From Patescibacteria group bacterium (lineage in GTDB: Bacteria > Patescibacteriota > Minisyncoccia > UBA6257 > 02-FULL-45-10c): a DNA stretch of 64,000 nucleotides. Every line of letters starts with the position of its first letter. The first letter of the stretch is position 1. Position numbers and translations under genes: made by a program. A model generated the notes under the pieces. It saw nothing but the letters and a program-made list of their open reading frames with translations. It was not told the DNA's origin and did no database searches. Below are positions 48,375-58,168 of this stretch, piece by piece. Where the stretch lies: positions 54,567 through 118,566 of the forward strand of contig JAGWYA010000001.1 of the NCBI GenBank assembly GCA_018969615.1, given 5' to 3'.

Positions 48375-49073
48375 ATGAAAAAACTATTCGGAGGGATCGT
48401 CATCAGCGCGCTCGTGCTTATGCTGCATGGATCGGCATCAGCCGCCGCAGCGCCGACACCAACTCAGACAGCTCAGGACCCCGAAACTGCGGGTCTTCAG
48501 CTCCTCCAGCAACTCCAGTCGGGTCAGCGTTCCTGCGCAAACCTTTCGCAAAATGATTTTGACCTGCTCGGCGATTATTTCATGGGACAAATGATGGGGA
48601 ACTATCACGAGACCATGGACAGCATCATGCAGCAGAACCTCGGCGATGCCGGGGACACCGCTATGCATGTTGCGATGGGCGAACGGTTCAGCGGCTGCAA
48701 CACCGCCGCCACGCTCCCTTTTTCAGGGAATAACGGTTTTTATCCCATGGTCGAGATGATGAACGGCGCGTACGCAAATTCCGCGGCGAACGGCTACGGC
48801 ATGATGGGAAGCAGTTATGCACCAACGGCATACCCGGCAGGCAAGGGGATGATGGGTGACTGGGGATATGAATGGTCCTGGTTCTCGTGGATCTGGGTCG
48901 TTCTCTGGTATGCCCTTGCAGTTGTTCTGGTCATACTTGGCATCCGCTGGCTCCGGAAGTCGCATCTGATCGGCGGACACCATTCCTCAATGGAGATCCT
49001 GAAAGAACGCTATGCGAAAGGCGAGCTTACCAAAGAACATTTTGAGGAAATGCGAAAGGAGCTTCTGAGGTAA
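48375..49073 (+). CDS. Met-rich membrane protein with C-terminal SHOCT domain
   Basis: Signal peptide, GMMG repeats, TM, EILKERYAKGELTKEHF. Confidence 0.8.
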   Translation: MKKLFGGIVISALVLMLHGSASAAAAPTPTQTAQDPETAGLQLLQQLQSGQRSCANLSQNDFDLLGDYFMGQMMGNYHETMDSIMQQNLGDAGDTAMHVAMGERFSGCNTAATLPFSGNNGFYPMVEMMNGAYANSAANGYGMMGSSYAPTAYPAGKGMMGDWGYEWSWFSWIWVVLWYALAVVLVILGIRWLRKSHLIGGHHSSMEILKERYAKGELTKEHFEEMRKELLR

Positions 49074-49115
49074 TGTGATATACTGAAACTAAATCATTCA
49101 TCACTATTTATTCTC

Positions 49116-49892
49116 ATGGACACAAAGATAAAAAATTATGCAGGTATCGCCGCGATCGTACTGATGGCAGCCGTCGCAGTGGCGACCGTGTGGTTCGTTT
49201 ATTCCTATACGAAGGTCATCACGCCGACGTCATTCCGCAGTTTTAACGTCACCGCGGAAGGGAAGACCTATGCGATCCCGGATGTCGCGCAATTCAGCTT
49301 CACGGTCCTCACCGAAGGCGGAACTGACCTGACCACGCTTCAGCAGGAGAACACCGCGAAAGCGAACCAGGCGATCGCAGCGGTAAAAGCCGACGGCGTT
49401 GCCGACAAGGATATCCAGACGCAGGGGTACACCGTCCAGCCGCGCTACCAGTATTGCCAGCCTGACATAAAAACAGGGACGACCTGCCCGCCGCCGGCGA
49501 TCGTGGGATATACCATTCAGCAAACGGTCATGGTCAAAGCGCGTGATTTCTCCAAGATAGGGGATATGCTCAGCAAAGTGGTCTCCGCCGGCGCGAACTC
49601 GGTCTCACAGCTGAGCTTCACGCTTGATGACCCGACCAGCGCACAGAATACCGCCATGGCGCAGGCGATCGAAAAAGCGAAGGCGAAAGCGGTATCGATC
49701 GCGCAGGCAGGCGACTTCGAGCTGGGACGGCTTCTCTCCATCCAGGAAGACAATAATACGCCGTCGCCGATCGTCCGTTTCGCTTCAGCGAGCGTAGCGG
49801 TACCTGAAGCAGCCGCGCCGTCTCCGGCGGTCCAGTCCGGATCACAGGAAGTGGACGTCTCGGTCACGCTTCAATACGAGATCGGGAACTAG
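49116..49892 (+). CDS. SIMPL (DUF541) domain protein
   Basis: VTAEGKTYAIPDVA, DIQTQGYTVQPRY, GANSV, AIEKAKAKA. Confidence 0.88.
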   Translation: MDTKIKNYAGIAAIVLMAAVAVATVWFVYSYTKVITPTSFRSFNVTAEGKTYAIPDVAQFSFTVLTEGGTDLTTLQQENTAKANQAIAAVKADGVADKDIQTQGYTVQPRYQYCQPDIKTGTTCPPPAIVGYTIQQTVMVKARDFSKIGDMLSKVVSAGANSVSQLSFTLDDPTSAQNTAMAQAIEKAKAKAVSIAQAGDFELGRLLSIQEDNNTPSPIVRFASASVAVPEAAAPSPAVQSGSQEVDVSVTLQYEIGN

Positions 49893-49962
49893 CAGTTTCG
49901 TTCAACATAAAAATACGCCCGTATACAGCGGGCGTATTTTTATTTACAATGACAATATTCAC

Positions 49963-50739
49963 ATGAAGCCCAAAGCACGCACATCATGGGGCGACGTCTC
50001 CGAGTGGTATGACACCCTTCTCGAAGAAACGCCGGGAACCTACCAGAAGGAAGTGATCCTTCCGGAGCTTTTACGCCTCATGGAACTCAACTCGGGAACC
50101 GTGGTCGCCGACATCGCATGCGGCCAGGGATTCTTCAGCCGCGCCTTCGCGCAAAAAAGCGCGCGCGTCGTCGCCGCTGACATCGCCCCTGAGCTTATCG
50201 CCGCCGCAAAACAAAATACGCCTCCGTCGCTGCAAAAAAGGATCCGCTATGAGGTTTCGCCGGCGGACCATCTTGCGGCGATCTCAACGCACAGCACCGA
50301 TGTCGCCACGATCATTCTGGCGATCCAGAACATCGAGAATGTGAACGGCGTTCTTGGTGAAGCGGCGCGCATCCTCAAGCAGAACGGGCGGCTCTTCATC
50401 GTTATGAACCACCCCGCGTTCCGCATCCCGAAAGAAAGCGCCTGGGGCTGGGATCCGAAAACGCAAACGCAATACCGCCGGCTCGACCGCTATATCTCGG
50501 AATCAAAAGTGAAGATCCAGATGCATCCCGGCGACAAGCCGGAAGAGCATACGATCTCATTCCACCGTCCGCTCCAATTTTATGCAAAAGCGCTTCGGAA
50601 ACACGGATTTCTGATCTCCCACATGGAGGAGTGGACCTCGCATAAACAAAGCCAACCGGGGCCCCGGGCGGCCGCGGAAGACCGCGCACGGAAAGAATTC
50701 CCGTTATTCCTCTGTATTGAAGCGATCCGCCACGTATGA
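49963..50739 (+). CDS. Class I SAM-dependent methyltransferase
   Basis: DIACGQG motif I, LKQNGRL, HPAF, FHRPL. Confidence 0.88.
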   Translation: MKPKARTSWGDVSEWYDTLLEETPGTYQKEVILPELLRLMELNSGTVVADIACGQGFFSRAFAQKSARVVAADIAPELIAAAKQNTPPSLQKRIRYEVSPADHLAAISTHSTDVATIILAIQNIENVNGVLGEAARILKQNGRLFIVMNHPAFRIPKESAWGWDPKTQTQYRRLDRYISESKVKIQMHPGDKPEEHTISFHRPLQFYAKALRKHGFLISHMEEWTSHKQSQPGPRAAAEDRARKEFPLFLCIEAIRHV

Positions 50740-50742
50740 TCT

Positions 50743-52428
50743 ATGCCTAGGAAGAAGTATTTGTATACTCTGACCGCGATCCTCGTATGCGCATCGGTAT
50801 TGCGCATCTATGGTCTTTCGCGCGGTGATACCGTCAGCGACGAAGTATTCATGGCCTTTCGCGGACTCGGCATGATCGATTTCGCCGCCGCGCCGACACA
50901 AACAACGCCGTGGGAATGGTGGGATCCAGTCACGAACCCGGGGCAGGCGAGCGCCGTGCCGTGGTGGGCGAAACTGTCCATGCATGACCATCCCTGGGGT
51001 GTTCCGTTTATTCAGCATGTCTCCATGTCGCTCTTCGGTGAAAGCCGGTTCGGATTCAGGCTGCCCTCGGCGCTCCTGGGAATAGCCTCTGTGTGGCTGC
51101 TTTACGCTATCGGCAGTGCGCTTTATAGCGAAGGCGTCGGACTGATCGCCGCGGGGATCCTTGCGATCACCGTCAACAGTGTTTATATTTCCCGCATCGG
51201 GCTCCAAGAGGCATATGTGATATTTTTCATGCTTCTCGCAACGTTGGTATTCTTAAAGTCGCTCCGCGATCCGCGCTTTTTGTTTTGGACCAGTGTCGTG
51301 ATCGGCATCGGAGCCGAAATGAAGTATACGACCCTGATCGTCGTCCCGATCTTCCTGACATATCTTGCGCTCACCAAACGATCCTCTTTCAAACAAAAAT
51401 ATCTGTGGTATGGGATCGGCGTATTCCTCGTTCTGATCAGTCCGTCCGTCATCTATAATATCGGCCTTTATCATGCAGTCGGTCATTTTGATCTCCAATT
51501 CTCATATGCCCTCCATCAAAATCCGACGCAGTGGGTCTCGGCGCCGGGGAAGGACATCGGCAGCCTCGGGGATCGCATCAAGGAATTCGTTCCTAATCTG
51601 ATCAAAACGAACTCCTGGATGCTTCTGCTTGCCTATGCCGCAAGTCTTCTTTCATTCGTCTGGATCCTTTTCAAAAAACCGCTGGATACGCTTCAGAGAC
51701 ACGGCTTCCTGATCACCGCAACGGTCTTCCTGGCGATACTCATGCTTCTGGTCGGCCCCTCATATCGTTTTCTCACGATGCTGACTCCCTTCATTGCCAT
51801 AACGGTCGCGCTGTTCATCGCGCGCACCTACGCCGTCTTCCCGAACGCGCGTATTCTTTTATGGACCGTCGGAGCCGCTCTGATCGCGTTCGAGATGTTC
51901 TATTCGTTCAACAGTCAGATAGCCTATTATCCGGTCGGGCAGTTCCCGTGGGCATGGTCCGCCGTCCGCTACGAGAACTACAACTGGGGGTATAATGCGC
52001 TTGATTCCTATCTGCAAAGCGAGCTCGGCGATAAGATGCCGGGAGTGACCTTTAATGTGAAATATCAATTCCTGGAACTGATGCGCGAACAGGCGATCGC
52101 GCAAGACCAGGCCCAGGGACTGCCGGCGTATCCCGCCCTCATCGTCTACAACGGGAACTTCGACGGCGGCGCGAAGCTCTGGGTGCTCGACCGCTACAGC
52201 TTCTATGATGCCTGGCCGATCATCGATCTTGCGACCTATCAGCAGTATCTCCGGGAGAACGGCGATACCTATGTTGAACAAAGCGGCTTCAAAGTGCTTT
52301 ACTTTATACAAGAAACGAACGAAGTGCCCGAAGGGGATCTCAGCGCGCTGACCGGCGGATCATTGACCCAGATCACCGATCCGCGAGGGGACGTCGTATT
52401 CAATGTCTATAAAACATTCCTTCCGTAA
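50743..52428 (+). CDS. GT-C fold glycosyltransferase (ArnT/PMT family)
   Basis: DE motif after TM1, DHP, RLPSALLG, KY, multiple TMs. Confidence 0.85.
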   Translation: MPRKKYLYTLTAILVCASVLRIYGLSRGDTVSDEVFMAFRGLGMIDFAAAPTQTTPWEWWDPVTNPGQASAVPWWAKLSMHDHPWGVPFIQHVSMSLFGESRFGFRLPSALLGIASVWLLYAIGSALYSEGVGLIAAGILAITVNSVYISRIGLQEAYVIFFMLLATLVFLKSLRDPRFLFWTSVVIGIGAEMKYTTLIVVPIFLTYLALTKRSSFKQKYLWYGIGVFLVLISPSVIYNIGLYHAVGHFDLQFSYALHQNPTQWVSAPGKDIGSLGDRIKEFVPNLIKTNSWMLLLAYAASLLSFVWILFKKPLDTLQRHGFLITATVFLAILMLLVGPSYRFLTMLTPFIAITVALFIARTYAVFPNARILLWTVGAALIAFEMFYSFNSQIAYYPVGQFPWAWSAVRYENYNWGYNALDSYLQSELGDKMPGVTFNVKYQFLELMREQAIAQDQAQGLPAYPALIVYNGNFDGGAKLWVLDRYSFYDAWPIIDLATYQQYLRENGDTYVEQSGFKVLYFIQETNEVPEGDLSALTGGSLTQITDPRGDVVFNVYKTFLP

Positions 52429-52431
52429 CGC

Positions 52432-53577
52432 ATGATCTCATTTACCATCACGAAACGATCGAAAAAAAGCAGGGCCCGCCTGGGCATCCTGAAAACGCCG
52501 CACGGGACCGTACAGACGCCGGCTTTCGTGCCGGTCGCAACTCAAGCCGCCGTTAAAGCGCTCACGAGCGAGCAGGTGATGCGGACAAAGACCCAGATCC
52601 TTATCTCGAACACGTTCCATTTGCATATCCGACCGGGCGAGAAAGTGGTCAAAGCGGGCGGCGGGATCCAGAAGTTCATGAATTTACAGAAACCCTTTAT
52701 GACCGACTCCGGCGGATTCCAGGTCTTCAGTCTCGGCTTCGGCAAGGACTTCGGCATGGGAAAGATCCTTTCTCAAAAACAAAAACAGAACACATCGATC
52801 CAGGTCGGACAACAGCCGAAACTGCTCAAGATCACCGAGGACGGCGTCCTGTTCCGCGCGTATACCGACGGACGAGAAATGTTCCTCGGCCCGAAAGAAT
52901 CGATCGCGATCCAGCAGGCGCTGGGAGCCGACATCATCCTTGCCTTCGACGAATGCACTTCGCCGATCGCCGATCATGAATACACCCAGCGATCGCTTGA
53001 AAAGACCCACCGGTGGGCGAAGGTGTGCCTCAAAGCGAAAACCAGTGATCAGGCGCTCTATGGGATCGTCCAGGGAGGAAAGTTCAAGGATCTGCGTATT
53101 GAAAGCGCGCAGTTCATCGGAGGCCTTCCGTTCGACGGTTTCGCCATCGGAGGTGAGTTCGGCGACAACAAAGCGATCATGAGCAAAATGCTCCGCTGGA
53201 CCATTCCGGAACTGCCGGATGAAAAGCCGCGGCATCTGCTCGGCATCGGCTATCTTGAGGATATGCCGAAGATCATTGCCGAAGGCGTCGACACCTTCGA
53301 CTGCATCGTTCCGACGCATTACGCCCGCCGCGGCGTCGCGTTCACGTCCCGCGGAGAACTGGAGCTCAGCAAACAAAAATTCCTGAACGACCGCGCCCCG
53401 ATCGACCGGAACTGCGGATGCGAGGTCTGCCAAGGAGGCTATACCCGGAGCTATCTGACCCATCTGCTGCGCGCGAAAGAGATCGCCCCGCTCACCCTTA
53501 TCACGATCCACAATCTGTTCTTTTTCAATACCTACGTTGAGCGCTTGCGCGCGGCGATCGCACAAGGGAAGTTATGA
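52432..53577 (+). CDS. tgt: tRNA-guanine transglycosylase
   Basis: TPAFVPVAT, TDSGGFQVFSL, FDEC, GIVQGG, PRHLLG, DTFDC, CxCxxC..H. Confidence 0.95.
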   Translation: MISFTITKRSKKSRARLGILKTPHGTVQTPAFVPVATQAAVKALTSEQVMRTKTQILISNTFHLHIRPGEKVVKAGGGIQKFMNLQKPFMTDSGGFQVFSLGFGKDFGMGKILSQKQKQNTSIQVGQQPKLLKITEDGVLFRAYTDGREMFLGPKESIAIQQALGADIILAFDECTSPIADHEYTQRSLEKTHRWAKVCLKAKTSDQALYGIVQGGKFKDLRIESAQFIGGLPFDGFAIGGEFGDNKAIMSKMLRWTIPELPDEKPRHLLGIGYLEDMPKIIAEGVDTFDCIVPTHYARRGVAFTSRGELELSKQKFLNDRAPIDRNCGCEVCQGGYTRSYLTHLLRAKEIAPLTLITIHNLFFFNTYVERLRAAIAQGKL

Positions 53578-54611
53578 CCGCTTTAGAACGCCTTCTTGCG
53601 CAATACGATTATTCGTTCCCGGAACGCCTGATCGCGCAGCGGCCCGCCTCGCCGCGCGACGCGGCGCGCCTCCTTGTCTTTGACCGGCGCACGAAGCGCA
53701 CGCATTTCAGCACCTTCGCGCATCTCGCAGCATTCCTTCCGGACAATGCCGTGCTGGTTTTTAATGATACCAAAGTGATCCCGGCCCGCTTCACGGTCAC
53801 GAAACCGACCGGCGGCAAAGCGAAACTTCTGTACCTCGCAACCGAAGGGCGTACTATTCGGGTTATGGCCGATCGGAAACTGACGATCGGCTCCCGCCTT
53901 ACGCTTGCGCCGAGGCTTTCCTTCACCGTATCCGGCAAAAAAGAAAAATATTATTATCTTCGCCCGTCCTTTCCGTTGGCGCGCCTCTTCAGCGTCCTGG
54001 AGCGCTACGGCACAACGCCGATCCCGCCGTATATCAAACACGCATCGCTTTCCGAAAAAAAGCTCCGCACGAGCTATCAGACGATCTTTGCCCAGACAAA
54101 AGGATCGGTTGCCGCACCCACGGCATCGCTTCATTTCACCAAACGGCTCCTTGCGGCGCTGAAAAAACGGGGGATCCGCATCGTTTTCGTAACCCTGCAC
54201 GTGAACATCGGCACCTTTGCGCCGCTGACCGAAGCTCAGCTCGCCACAGAGCGGCTCCATGAAGAATATTATGAGATCGCTCCAAAAACCGCCGCGATCC
54301 TCAACGCCGCAAAAAAAGCGGGGGATCCGGTCATCGCCGTAGGCACCACTTCCGCGCGCACGGTGGAATCCGCATGCGACCGGTCAGGAAGGGTCTCCGC
54401 CGGCGCGGGTTCGACCGAGCTCTTCATCCGTCCGCCGCATACTTTCAAATGCATCACCGGGCTGATCACGAACTTTCACGTCCCCCGATCAAGCCTGATG
54501 ATGCTTGTAAGCGCATTGGTCGGCCGGCAGACGCTTTTACGCCTCTATCGATCTGCGATCAAAAAACGGTTTCGGCTCTTTTCATTTGGAGACGGCATGC
54601 TCCTCCTCTGA
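53574..54611 (+). CDS. queA: SAM:tRNA ribosyltransferase-isomerase
   Basis: LIAQRP, VFNDTKVIPAR, PPYI, AAPTASLHFT, VGTT, TNFH, FSFGD. Confidence 0.95.
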   Translation: MTALERLLAQYDYSFPERLIAQRPASPRDAARLLVFDRRTKRTHFSTFAHLAAFLPDNAVLVFNDTKVIPARFTVTKPTGGKAKLLYLATEGRTIRVMADRKLTIGSRLTLAPRLSFTVSGKKEKYYYLRPSFPLARLFSVLERYGTTPIPPYIKHASLSEKKLRTSYQTIFAQTKGSVAAPTASLHFTKRLLAALKKRGIRIVFVTLHVNIGTFAPLTEAQLATERLHEEYYEIAPKTAAILNAAKKAGDPVIAVGTTSARTVESACDRSGRVSAGAGSTELFIRPPHTFKCITGLITNFHVPRSSLMMLVSALVGRQTLLRLYRSAIKKRFRLFSFGDGMLLL

Positions 54612-54663
54612 AAATGCCCGAAAGACGCATGCAGAACGGTCCGGGACGCGGTATACTAAGAAT

Positions 54664-55806
54664 ATGAAATATGGATTGCTTTTAGCGGGCGTACTCCTTC
54701 TCGTCGCTCCTTTTGCCTATGCAGGGACACCGCAACGGGCCCTTCTTTTAGCGCAAACAAGCGCCGTTACCGCAGCAAGTCTCGGGATCAGCGACTCGGG
54801 ACTTTTGCCGACGAATCCGTTCTACTTCATCAAAGAGTGGGGGAGAGCGATCATGCGTGCGACCACAGCAAGCGGAGCCCCTCAGGCGAACCTCGAACTG
54901 CGGTTCATCAATGAAAAGGCTGCCGAGCTTCAGCAAGTTGACCAGATCAGCGGTATGAATGCCAGTGCGCTCACGACCGCACTCCGCTCCTATATCCGAG
55001 AGCAGGGGATGCTTCAGAGTAGTCTTCAGGCGTTACCGGAAATAAGCCAAGACCCAAGGGTCACTGATGTCCTCACCGCGATCAGCGCGCTCACCCCGAG
55101 CCATGAACGGCTTTTGGATGCGCTTGCACAAGAATATAACGGAGAGACTGTCGTTGAGAACCTTCTCTCTTCCGCGAAAGGCCTTCTGGAACAATCACTG
55201 CTTACCGCAGCGGGGAAAGCAGCCCCCGACCAGTTCGCGCAGATATTCCAAACGGCTTTGACGGAAGGTCTGTCGGGAGACCTTAAGAACACCTACGCCG
55301 CCGAGATCGTCGGGCGCTTGCAGGCGGCGGCGCCGCAGCCGATCAGCGATGCGCTCGCTCCGGCCTATGCAGGGTTTACGGCCCAAAGCGCCGCGGAAGT
55401 GCAGACATTCCTCGCGACCGCTTCACTGAGCGATGCGACCGCCGCACTTCAAGAGCTTCCTGATTCTCCGGAACGGCAGAATGTCGGGATCCAGATCTAT
55501 GAGAAACAAAAACGGGATCTGGAAGCGCCGCGCGCGGCAGCGGTACTCGTCTTGCCGTCAAGCGGCTCGACATCGACCAGCGCGATCCTGTGCAGCACCA
55601 TTAAAAGCAACTTTGACGATCTCTGGAACCTGTTCAAAACAGACCGAATGTCCAATCAGGAATACCTTCAAAAATATGCGGTATTGAGGGATCAATATGC
55701 GAATTGCCAGCTTCCGACCATCCTACCGTCTTATCCCGCAAGCAGCACGCCTGCGGTATCTTCTCCAGGGACGACCACGCCGGCCGCTGTCCCGGCAACG
55801 CCTTAA
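54664..55806 (+). CDS. Secreted helical protein, DUF5667-like
   Basis: Signal peptide, GLLPTNPFYFIKEWGR. Confidence 0.7.
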   Translation: MKYGLLLAGVLLLVAPFAYAGTPQRALLLAQTSAVTAASLGISDSGLLPTNPFYFIKEWGRAIMRATTASGAPQANLELRFINEKAAELQQVDQISGMNASALTTALRSYIREQGMLQSSLQALPEISQDPRVTDVLTAISALTPSHERLLDALAQEYNGETVVENLLSSAKGLLEQSLLTAAGKAAPDQFAQIFQTALTEGLSGDLKNTYAAEIVGRLQAAAPQPISDALAPAYAGFTAQSAAEVQTFLATASLSDATAALQELPDSPERQNVGIQIYEKQKRDLEAPRAAAVLVLPSSGSTSTSAILCSTIKSNFDDLWNLFKTDRMSNQEYLQKYAVLRDQYANCQLPTILPSYPASSTPAVSSPGTTTPAAVPATP

Positions 55807-55812
55807 CGCCTT

Positions 55813-56517
55813 ATGTTTCGCCGATTTACAGATCAGAATACGCTTTTTTGTTTTTCACCCGCGGTCATGCTTCTGACCTCGATCACAGAAGGGGTTCTTT
55901 TTCTCTATACCGTCATTCGCTACCGCATGACCCGATTCGGGCAGCTTGCGGCGCTCGCGCTGCTCCTCTTGGGGTTGTTCCAGATCGCCGAATATCAGAT
56001 CTGCGGAGGGAATGCGCCCTGGTTCTGGGCGCGGATAGGACTCGTTGCGATCACGCTCTTGCCTCCGCTAGGCGTCCATTTGATCTCGTTCCTTACCCGG
56101 GAGCGCTCGTTTGTCCGCGCAGGCTACGCAGGAGCGGCGGTCTTCGGCGGGATCTTTGCGTTCATACCCGACGCCATTACCGGAACGACCTGCGGAGGCA
56201 ATTATATCATCTTTAACACCCTGCATCCGCTGGGGGGGCTCTACGGAATCTATTATTTTGGCTTTCTCTTTTTGGGCCTCTGGAAGATCGGTGTTACACT
56301 AAGAAAAGCAGTCCGGCACGAACGCTCGCTTCTCATCTGGATGGCCATCGGATACGCCTCGTTCCTCCTTCCGATGGGGATCGTCTATTCGCTTTCACCG
56401 GCAACGCGGCAGGGGGTCCCGTCCATCATGTGCGGATTTGCCATTACTCTGGCTCTGATCCTCGGCATCCTGGTCACGCCTCGCGCCCATTCATTGCATA
56501 TCATTAATCATTCCTAA
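55813..56517 (+). CDS. 7-TM hypothetical membrane protein
   Basis: CFSP, FQIAEYQIC, PSIMCGFA; about 7 hydrophobic segments. Confidence 0.7.
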   Translation: MFRRFTDQNTLFCFSPAVMLLTSITEGVLFLYTVIRYRMTRFGQLAALALLLLGLFQIAEYQICGGNAPWFWARIGLVAITLLPPLGVHLISFLTRERSFVRAGYAGAAVFGGIFAFIPDAITGTTCGGNYIIFNTLHPLGGLYGIYYFGFLFLGLWKIGVTLRKAVRHERSLLIWMAIGYASFLLPMGIVYSLSPATRQGVPSIMCGFAITLALILGILVTPRAHSLHIINHS

Positions 56518-56520
56518 TCT

Positions 56521-58158
56521 ATGCCGTTGGTAGACGATCTCAAAAAGATCATTAAAGGAGAAGTGCTCGCGGACGACGCCACACGGGCGAAATTCAGCCA
56601 TGATGCAAGTCTTTTCGAGCTGCGCCCGCAGGTCGTGGTCGCGCCGAAAGATGTCGAGGATATCCAGGCATTGGTGAAGTATGTCACCGAAAAACGGAAG
56701 GCGGGGGAGACGATCTCGATCACGGGACGGTCCGGCGGAACCGATATGAGCGGCGGCGCACTGACCGAATCGATCGTCCTCGATTTTTCCAAGCACTTTA
56801 CCCGCATCAAAAATATCAGCAATTTTTCCGCGGTCGTTGAACCCGGCGTCTACTACCGCGATTTTGAAAAAGAAACCCTGAAACAAAACCTTCTTCTACC
56901 GACCTATCCCGCCTCCCGGGAGATCTGCATGATCGGCGGCATGGTCTCGAACAACTCCGGCGGAGAGAAGACCCCCGCCTACGGCAAAACCGAAGATTTC
57001 GTGATCGGACTGAAGATGATCCTCAGTGACGGAAAAGAATATGTGATCAAGCCGCTTGATAAAGCCGAACTTCAGCAAAAGATGAAGGAACCGACCTTTG
57101 AAGGAAAGCTCTATAAGAAAATGTACGACCTGGTCTCCAAGAACTATGACCTGGTCAAAAAGGCGAAACCTGACGTCACCAAAAACTCCGCGGGATACGA
57201 CCTGTGGAATATCTGGGACGGGGAAACATTCGATCTGACCAAGCTTTTCGTCGGGTCCCAGGGGACGCTCGGTATGGTCACTGAAGTGAAGTTCCGCCTG
57301 GTCCAGCCGAAGAAATATTCGAAACTTGCCGTGATCTTTTTGCGCAATCTTGATCCGCTTCCGGAGATCATCAAAAAAGTACACGCGCTCAAACCGGAAA
57401 GCTTTGAATCGTACGATGACAATACGTTGAAACTGGCGATCAAGTTCATTCCGGACCTCATCAAGGTCCTAAAGCCGAAGAACCTCTTCAAGCTCGGCTG
57501 GAGCTTCCTTCCGGAGATGCGCATGGTCCTGACCGGCGGATGGCCGAAACTGGTGCTCCTCGCGGAATTCACCGGCGACAACGAGAAAGAAGTGGATGCG
57601 CGCATGCATGAACTTTCCACGCAGCTGCAGCCGATGCATCTCGCGTTCCGCATGATCCATGACGAGGACGAAGCGAACAAGTACTGGGTCATCCGCCGCG
57701 AGAGCTTCAACCTGCTCCGCAAACACGTCAAAGACAAGCGGACCGCCCCATTCATCGACGACTTCATCGTTCGGGCGGAAAAGATCCCCGAGTTCTACCC
57801 GCGGCTGAACGCGATCCTCAAAAAATACGATATCTTCTATACGATCGCCGGACACGTCGGCGACGGAAACTTCCACATCATCCCGTTGATGAACCTCAAG
57901 GACCCGCGCTCGAAGCAGATCATCGAAAAACTTTCGGGAGAGGTTTACAAGCTCGTGCTTGAATATCACGGATCCATCACCGCGGAACACAACGACGGCC
58001 TGATCCGGACGCCGTACCTCGAAGAAATGTTCGGTTCTGAGGTCTACGAACTATTCAAAGAAACAAAGAAGATCTTCGATCCGCTGGATATCTTCAATCC
58101 GGGAAAGAAAGTGGACGGCAACATGAAATACGCCTTCGACCACCTGGTCAAATCCTAA
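56521..58158 (+). CDS. FAD-linked oxidoreductase (GlcD/D-lactate dehydrogenase family)
   Basis: RSGGTDMSG, IGGMVSNNSGG, GSQGTLG, GHVGDGNFH, AEHNDG, FDPLDIFNPGK. Confidence 0.9.
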   Translation: MPLVDDLKKIIKGEVLADDATRAKFSHDASLFELRPQVVVAPKDVEDIQALVKYVTEKRKAGETISITGRSGGTDMSGGALTESIVLDFSKHFTRIKNISNFSAVVEPGVYYRDFEKETLKQNLLLPTYPASREICMIGGMVSNNSGGEKTPAYGKTEDFVIGLKMILSDGKEYVIKPLDKAELQQKMKEPTFEGKLYKKMYDLVSKNYDLVKKAKPDVTKNSAGYDLWNIWDGETFDLTKLFVGSQGTLGMVTEVKFRLVQPKKYSKLAVIFLRNLDPLPEIIKKVHALKPESFESYDDNTLKLAIKFIPDLIKVLKPKNLFKLGWSFLPEMRMVLTGGWPKLVLLAEFTGDNEKEVDARMHELSTQLQPMHLAFRMIHDEDEANKYWVIRRESFNLLRKHVKDKRTAPFIDDFIVRAEKIPEFYPRLNAILKKYDIFYTIAGHVGDGNFHIIPLMNLKDPRSKQIIEKLSGEVYKLVLEYHGSITAEHNDGLIRTPYLEEMFGSEVYELFKETKKIFDPLDIFNPGKKVDGNMKYAFDHLVKS

Positions 58159-58168
58159 ACCGTTCTAT

